In this document: one piece after another, positions 60,301 to 64,000 of the stretch
Position numbering within the stretch: the first letter of the stretch is position 1
Layout: every line of letters starts with the position of its first letter
Assembly: GCF_032444005.1 (NCBI RefSeq)
Contig: NC_091285.1
Span: forward strand, 398,226,001 to 398,290,000
Origin: Ranitomeya imitator
Lineage: Eukaryota
Length of the DNA stretch: 64,000 nucleotides
Direction of reading: 5' to 3'
The notes under the pieces: model-generated
What the model saw: only the letters and a program-made list of their open reading frames with translations
The model's database searches: none
What the model was told of the DNA's origin: nothing
Made by a program: the position numbers and the translations under genes

Positions 60301-62846
60301 CTTTTGGGGGTCTTCTCCGCATGAATTTTCTGTTCCGAAAGGAACGCCTATAAGACTGGTTGGGAAACCCGGGGAAAGATTTCTTCTTATCCCCCGCTTT
60401 GTCAAGGATGTTGTCCAATGTTGACCCAAACAGAAATTCACCTTCGCAAGGTATTGAGCATAATTTGGTCTTCGTTTGCAAGTCCCTCGGCCAGCACTTT
60501 AGCCACAGGGCACGTCTTGCGGCGTTTGAGAAGGAGGCCGACCTGGCTGCTAATCTCGCCGAATCCACCGATGCGTCTGCCAAGAAGGCTGCCGCCCCTT
60601 TCATCATGGACACTGACTTTTGGATTGTCTCTCTTGAGACTTTTTCCTTTAATTGGGAATCCAAGTGCTCGAGCTATACCATTAAGGCGCGGGCCGTACA
60701 AGTGGCTGCGATGGCTGGTTTTAGACCACCTCCTGCTGATTCCCAGGAGTTTTTTAAGAAAAAGTGTCAGCTTTTTTGTCCATCGGGTCCTTTAAGCCCC
60801 CGTCACACACAGCGAGATCGCTAGCGAGATCGCTGCTGAGTCACAAGTTTTGTGACGCAACAGCGATCTCAGTAGCGATCTCGCTATGTGTGACACGTAG
60901 CAGCGATCAGGCCCCTGCTGTGAGATCGCTGGTCGTGTCGGAATGGCCTGGGCCATTTTTTGATCATTGAGGTCCCGCTGGGTAGCACACATCGCTGTGT
61001 TTGACACCTTACCAACGACCTCTCTGACAGGACGTCCCATTGAATCGTCATGAAATAGCATCGTTGTACAGGTCGCTTGGCATCTCACCAGCGACCACAT
61101 AGCGACGCTTGAGCGATCCCTGACAGGTCATATCGTTGTCGGAATCGCTCAAGCGTCGCTATGTGTGACGGGGCCTTTAGGGTACCCATGTCCTCGAAGG
61201 GCAGGGCAAATTTTTTAGAGGCCTTTGCTATGGCCACATCCAATTTTGGTGCTTTGCTCCAGGATGAGAAAGCTGGGTCATCAAACGGGTATTTTCTCTT
61301 AGGAGTCAAGAGAACTTTTTTGTCTGGTTTTTTCCATTCTTTTTTGATCAAAGAGTGAATTTTTTCATTTATCGGGAATACTCTTCTTTTCTTTTGTTCC
61401 AATCCACTGAACATTATATCCTGTGCCGTTCTCTTAGGACGTTCATCTACCAGGCCCATGGTTGTTCTGATGGCCTTTATCAGTGCTTCTGTCTCTTCGA
61501 TAGGGAAACAACTGCGTCCCCCCTCTGAGGATAGTGAAGAGGTGTCGGATGCTGAAGAGTCACTAGAATCAGACGTTTCACTCTCTGACTCATCTATACT
61601 AGATTCGGGAGACTTGTGGATTGATCTGCGTTTTTTCTTTGAAGTTTTAATGCCTTTGAGGGCACTTTCCACCTGACTTTTAATTAATGATTTTAGGTCT
61701 GAGGCGAACGTCGGAGATTCCTCCTGAATGGTTTTCTCTATGCAAGACCCGCATAGCTTTTTCTCCCAGAAGGAAGGTAGCTCTTCTAGACATATAGCAC
61801 ACACTTTGTGCTTTGATTTGCCTGTACATTTGCCTGTAACCACGTATTACATTAGTACTTTCACGTCGATCACTCACCCCTTGTGAATAAGAGATACCGT
61901 CTCTGGCCTCGGGACTATATCCACTGGATTCGTCACCGGTCGCATAGTTTTTTCAGAGACCCGGCTGCGTTGTGACCCTGAGCGTCCACTGCTGCTGCGC
62001 TGCTGAGAGGAAGCGTTTCCCTTGTGCTGATGCTGTGAGCGCTGGTGCCGCTGTACCTGCACTTGCTCAGGAGACAATTGTACACACTCCTGTGCATCTT
62101 GCTGCTCTTTGTCACTCATAGTGGCCTCCACACTGCGTTTTAGCAAAGAGGAGGTTTAATCCACATATCCCCCTTGGAAATGCTCCTTTTTAAATTTGCC
62201 GCCGTCGGAAGTGGCGATCTGCGCATGCGCGCGCGCTACTTCCGGTCCAGAGCACGGGCGCCCCATAGGGAAGATATAATCGGGGACGCCCGCGCGCTCT
62301 AGCGTTCCGCCCCTGTCCTGCCGCCCCGTACTTCCGGTTTAGGCGGCCGGCGTCTAGCGGTGCCATGTGCGCTTTAGTGCGCTCCTGCGTCCCCTCATGG
62401 TAGCGTAGCCGCCGCTACCTCCATGTACCGTTTAGCGGTACAGAGGCTATATCGGTGACCGCCATCACCTGCCTCCTTCCTCCTTTTTTTTTTTTTTTCT
62501 TTGGGGAAGGCAGGCTCGATCCTCTTCACTGCCTCCCCCCACCACAATCACCCATAGGGCCCGCCGACCCCAGCGGTGGTGCTTCAGGGCCGGAGAAAAA
62601 AAGGGGGGGGGGGGGGGGAAGAAAAACCTGCTGGATCCAGCCGTGACAGGGCGCCCCCTGTCAGGAACCGTCCGGACCAGCTCCCTGGAATCCCACAACG
62701 AATCCTCAGGTACGTGCTGTAGGTTCCCCGTCAGGGACAGGAAACCAACTGATGTGGGACAGAGGTACGCCCTTTTTTCACCTGTAGGTTTCCTTTCCCT
62801 GGGGGCGGACCCCTCTCTCCGTGGAGCCATCATGGGGATAGAGAAA
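57346..62846 (-). mobile_element. Second DIRS1-type element (DIRS-B), full length but frameshifted
   Basis: Starts TTTCTCTATCCCCATGATGG, has ITRs and an ICR at about 57625-57710. RT (YLDD) and recombinase (AHSTRA, FFKHY) are broken into several ORFs. Different family from DIRS-A. Confidence 0.92.
60795..61176. mobile_element. Harbinger-type MITE inserted in DIRS-B gag
   Basis: TTA TSD. Removing it restores GTL|KDPMDKK. Confidence 0.85.
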
Positions 62847-64000
62847 TATTGCCAATCATACATTTATAGGATAACTGTCCTGCAGGGACTTGTTACAAGA
62901 AATGGACTTGGATGACTGACAAGTCCTCCAGTGTATTATTGATTGTTTTAAAACAAAGAAAAAAAACGTAAGCAGCTTCTCCGCATACGCACTCGGATGC
63001 ATGCTACATATTCCCCAAGTGCTGTGGGTGACCCCAGTTTTAGTACTTTATCTCCAGTTCTATAATACCCCACCAGGTCTCCATTTGAGGATATCACAAA
63101 GAACATATGTCAATTGACGACCTAGCAAAAGGCTACATTCCCCAACTGCAACAAGGACATTCTGCAGAGATATCCACATTTACCGCTGCGGCTACAAATC
63201 TGACGGAGGACTCTAATAACTCGCCCTTTGCATTGTGCCGGGTGAAATTTCCACCTACATCTGCAATATAAATAGACTTGCTGATGATCTCAAACTCGCA
63301 GCTCCCATCAGTTTACACTGTGGATATGTTTTTCAGTATGTGCATAAAATGTTATAATCTCACGCACTATGCTGGACTGTAATATTTATGAAATAATTCA
63401 CAAGGTTTTCGTACCATTGGACTTTTCCTAATATCCCTTGTGCAGCGGACCAGTGGTTGTAGAGGGAACTAAAGCTGAAAAACACTGGTTCACATTCATT
63501 AAAGTGGCCGCACCAAACGTCTGGTGTTACAAGGATCCCGTGACAGATCGTGCCGTCTGGTTTCACGAACTCCTGCACTGGTTAGAAGTCTGTCACCATC
63601 TTATTAAACAGTGCAGGTTTTTGCTCCTTGCCAGCATTGCAAGGGTTTATCTTCTCAGTTGAAGCTCCTGGAGCTTTCGTACCTGGATTGTCTCAACTCT
63701 TCAGTGTTTGCCACTTCCCTCTGCTGTATAGGCTCACCTATGGCGCTTAAGAACTGCCAGTGTTAGTTCTTACTGCCTGTTTGGAGTTGGAGGTGTAGAC
63801 GGTGGTTGGAGTTTGGAGATTAGTTCAGAAGATTGTTGCTTGGAGTTTTATTTGTGTGCACATCCTCATCCTTTCCTGTTTGGTTTTTCCTTCAACTCCC
63901 ATTTTCCACTATGTTTGGCGAGTGCATTTTGCATGATTGTTATTTTCATCTATCTCTGTCCGTTTTCTATTGTTGGTCCGGTTAGTGTTATCCTATGCAC

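Noticed and set aside
62150-62460. CpG-rich stretch as the FBH1 promoter or exon 1
   Set aside because: It lies inside the 5' region of DIRS-B, between its ITR and gag.
63360-63662. Short ORFs vaguely like a Penelope C-terminus
   Set aside because: The similarity is too weak and no diagnostic motif is present.

Overview
Vertebrate genomic DNA, inferred to be a frog (anuran) from its repeat families. The only host gene is FBH1 (FBXO18, F-box DNA helicase 1) on the minus strand. Six GT-AG exons (45201 down to 670) join in consistent phases and encode the N-terminus, the F-box and the region before the helicase. Exon 1 and the helicase exons were not found and probably lie outside the window. 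The introns are filled with transposable elements, many nested: three DIRS elements (one with intact RT and recombinase frames), a chromodomain Gypsy derivative, a solo LTR, five or more Tc1 elements (one with an intact DD34E ORF), piggyBac-, T2/Kolobok-, Harbinger-, hAT-, pogo- and Helitron-type non-autonomous elements, and L1, L2 and CR1 pieces. The most unusual items are: (1) a 426-bp monomer concatemer with a partial inversion, flanked by a 15-bp target-site duplication (TSD); (2) an L1-ORF1-only retroelement with a 15-bp TSD; (3) a DIRS element with a triplicated ICR-ITR block, a candidate 83-nt intron in gag, and gag in frame with the recombinase; (4) an old Tc1 stretched to 16.7 kb by nested insertions. 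All coordinates and family assignments were made by eye, without alignment tools. There are two N gaps.
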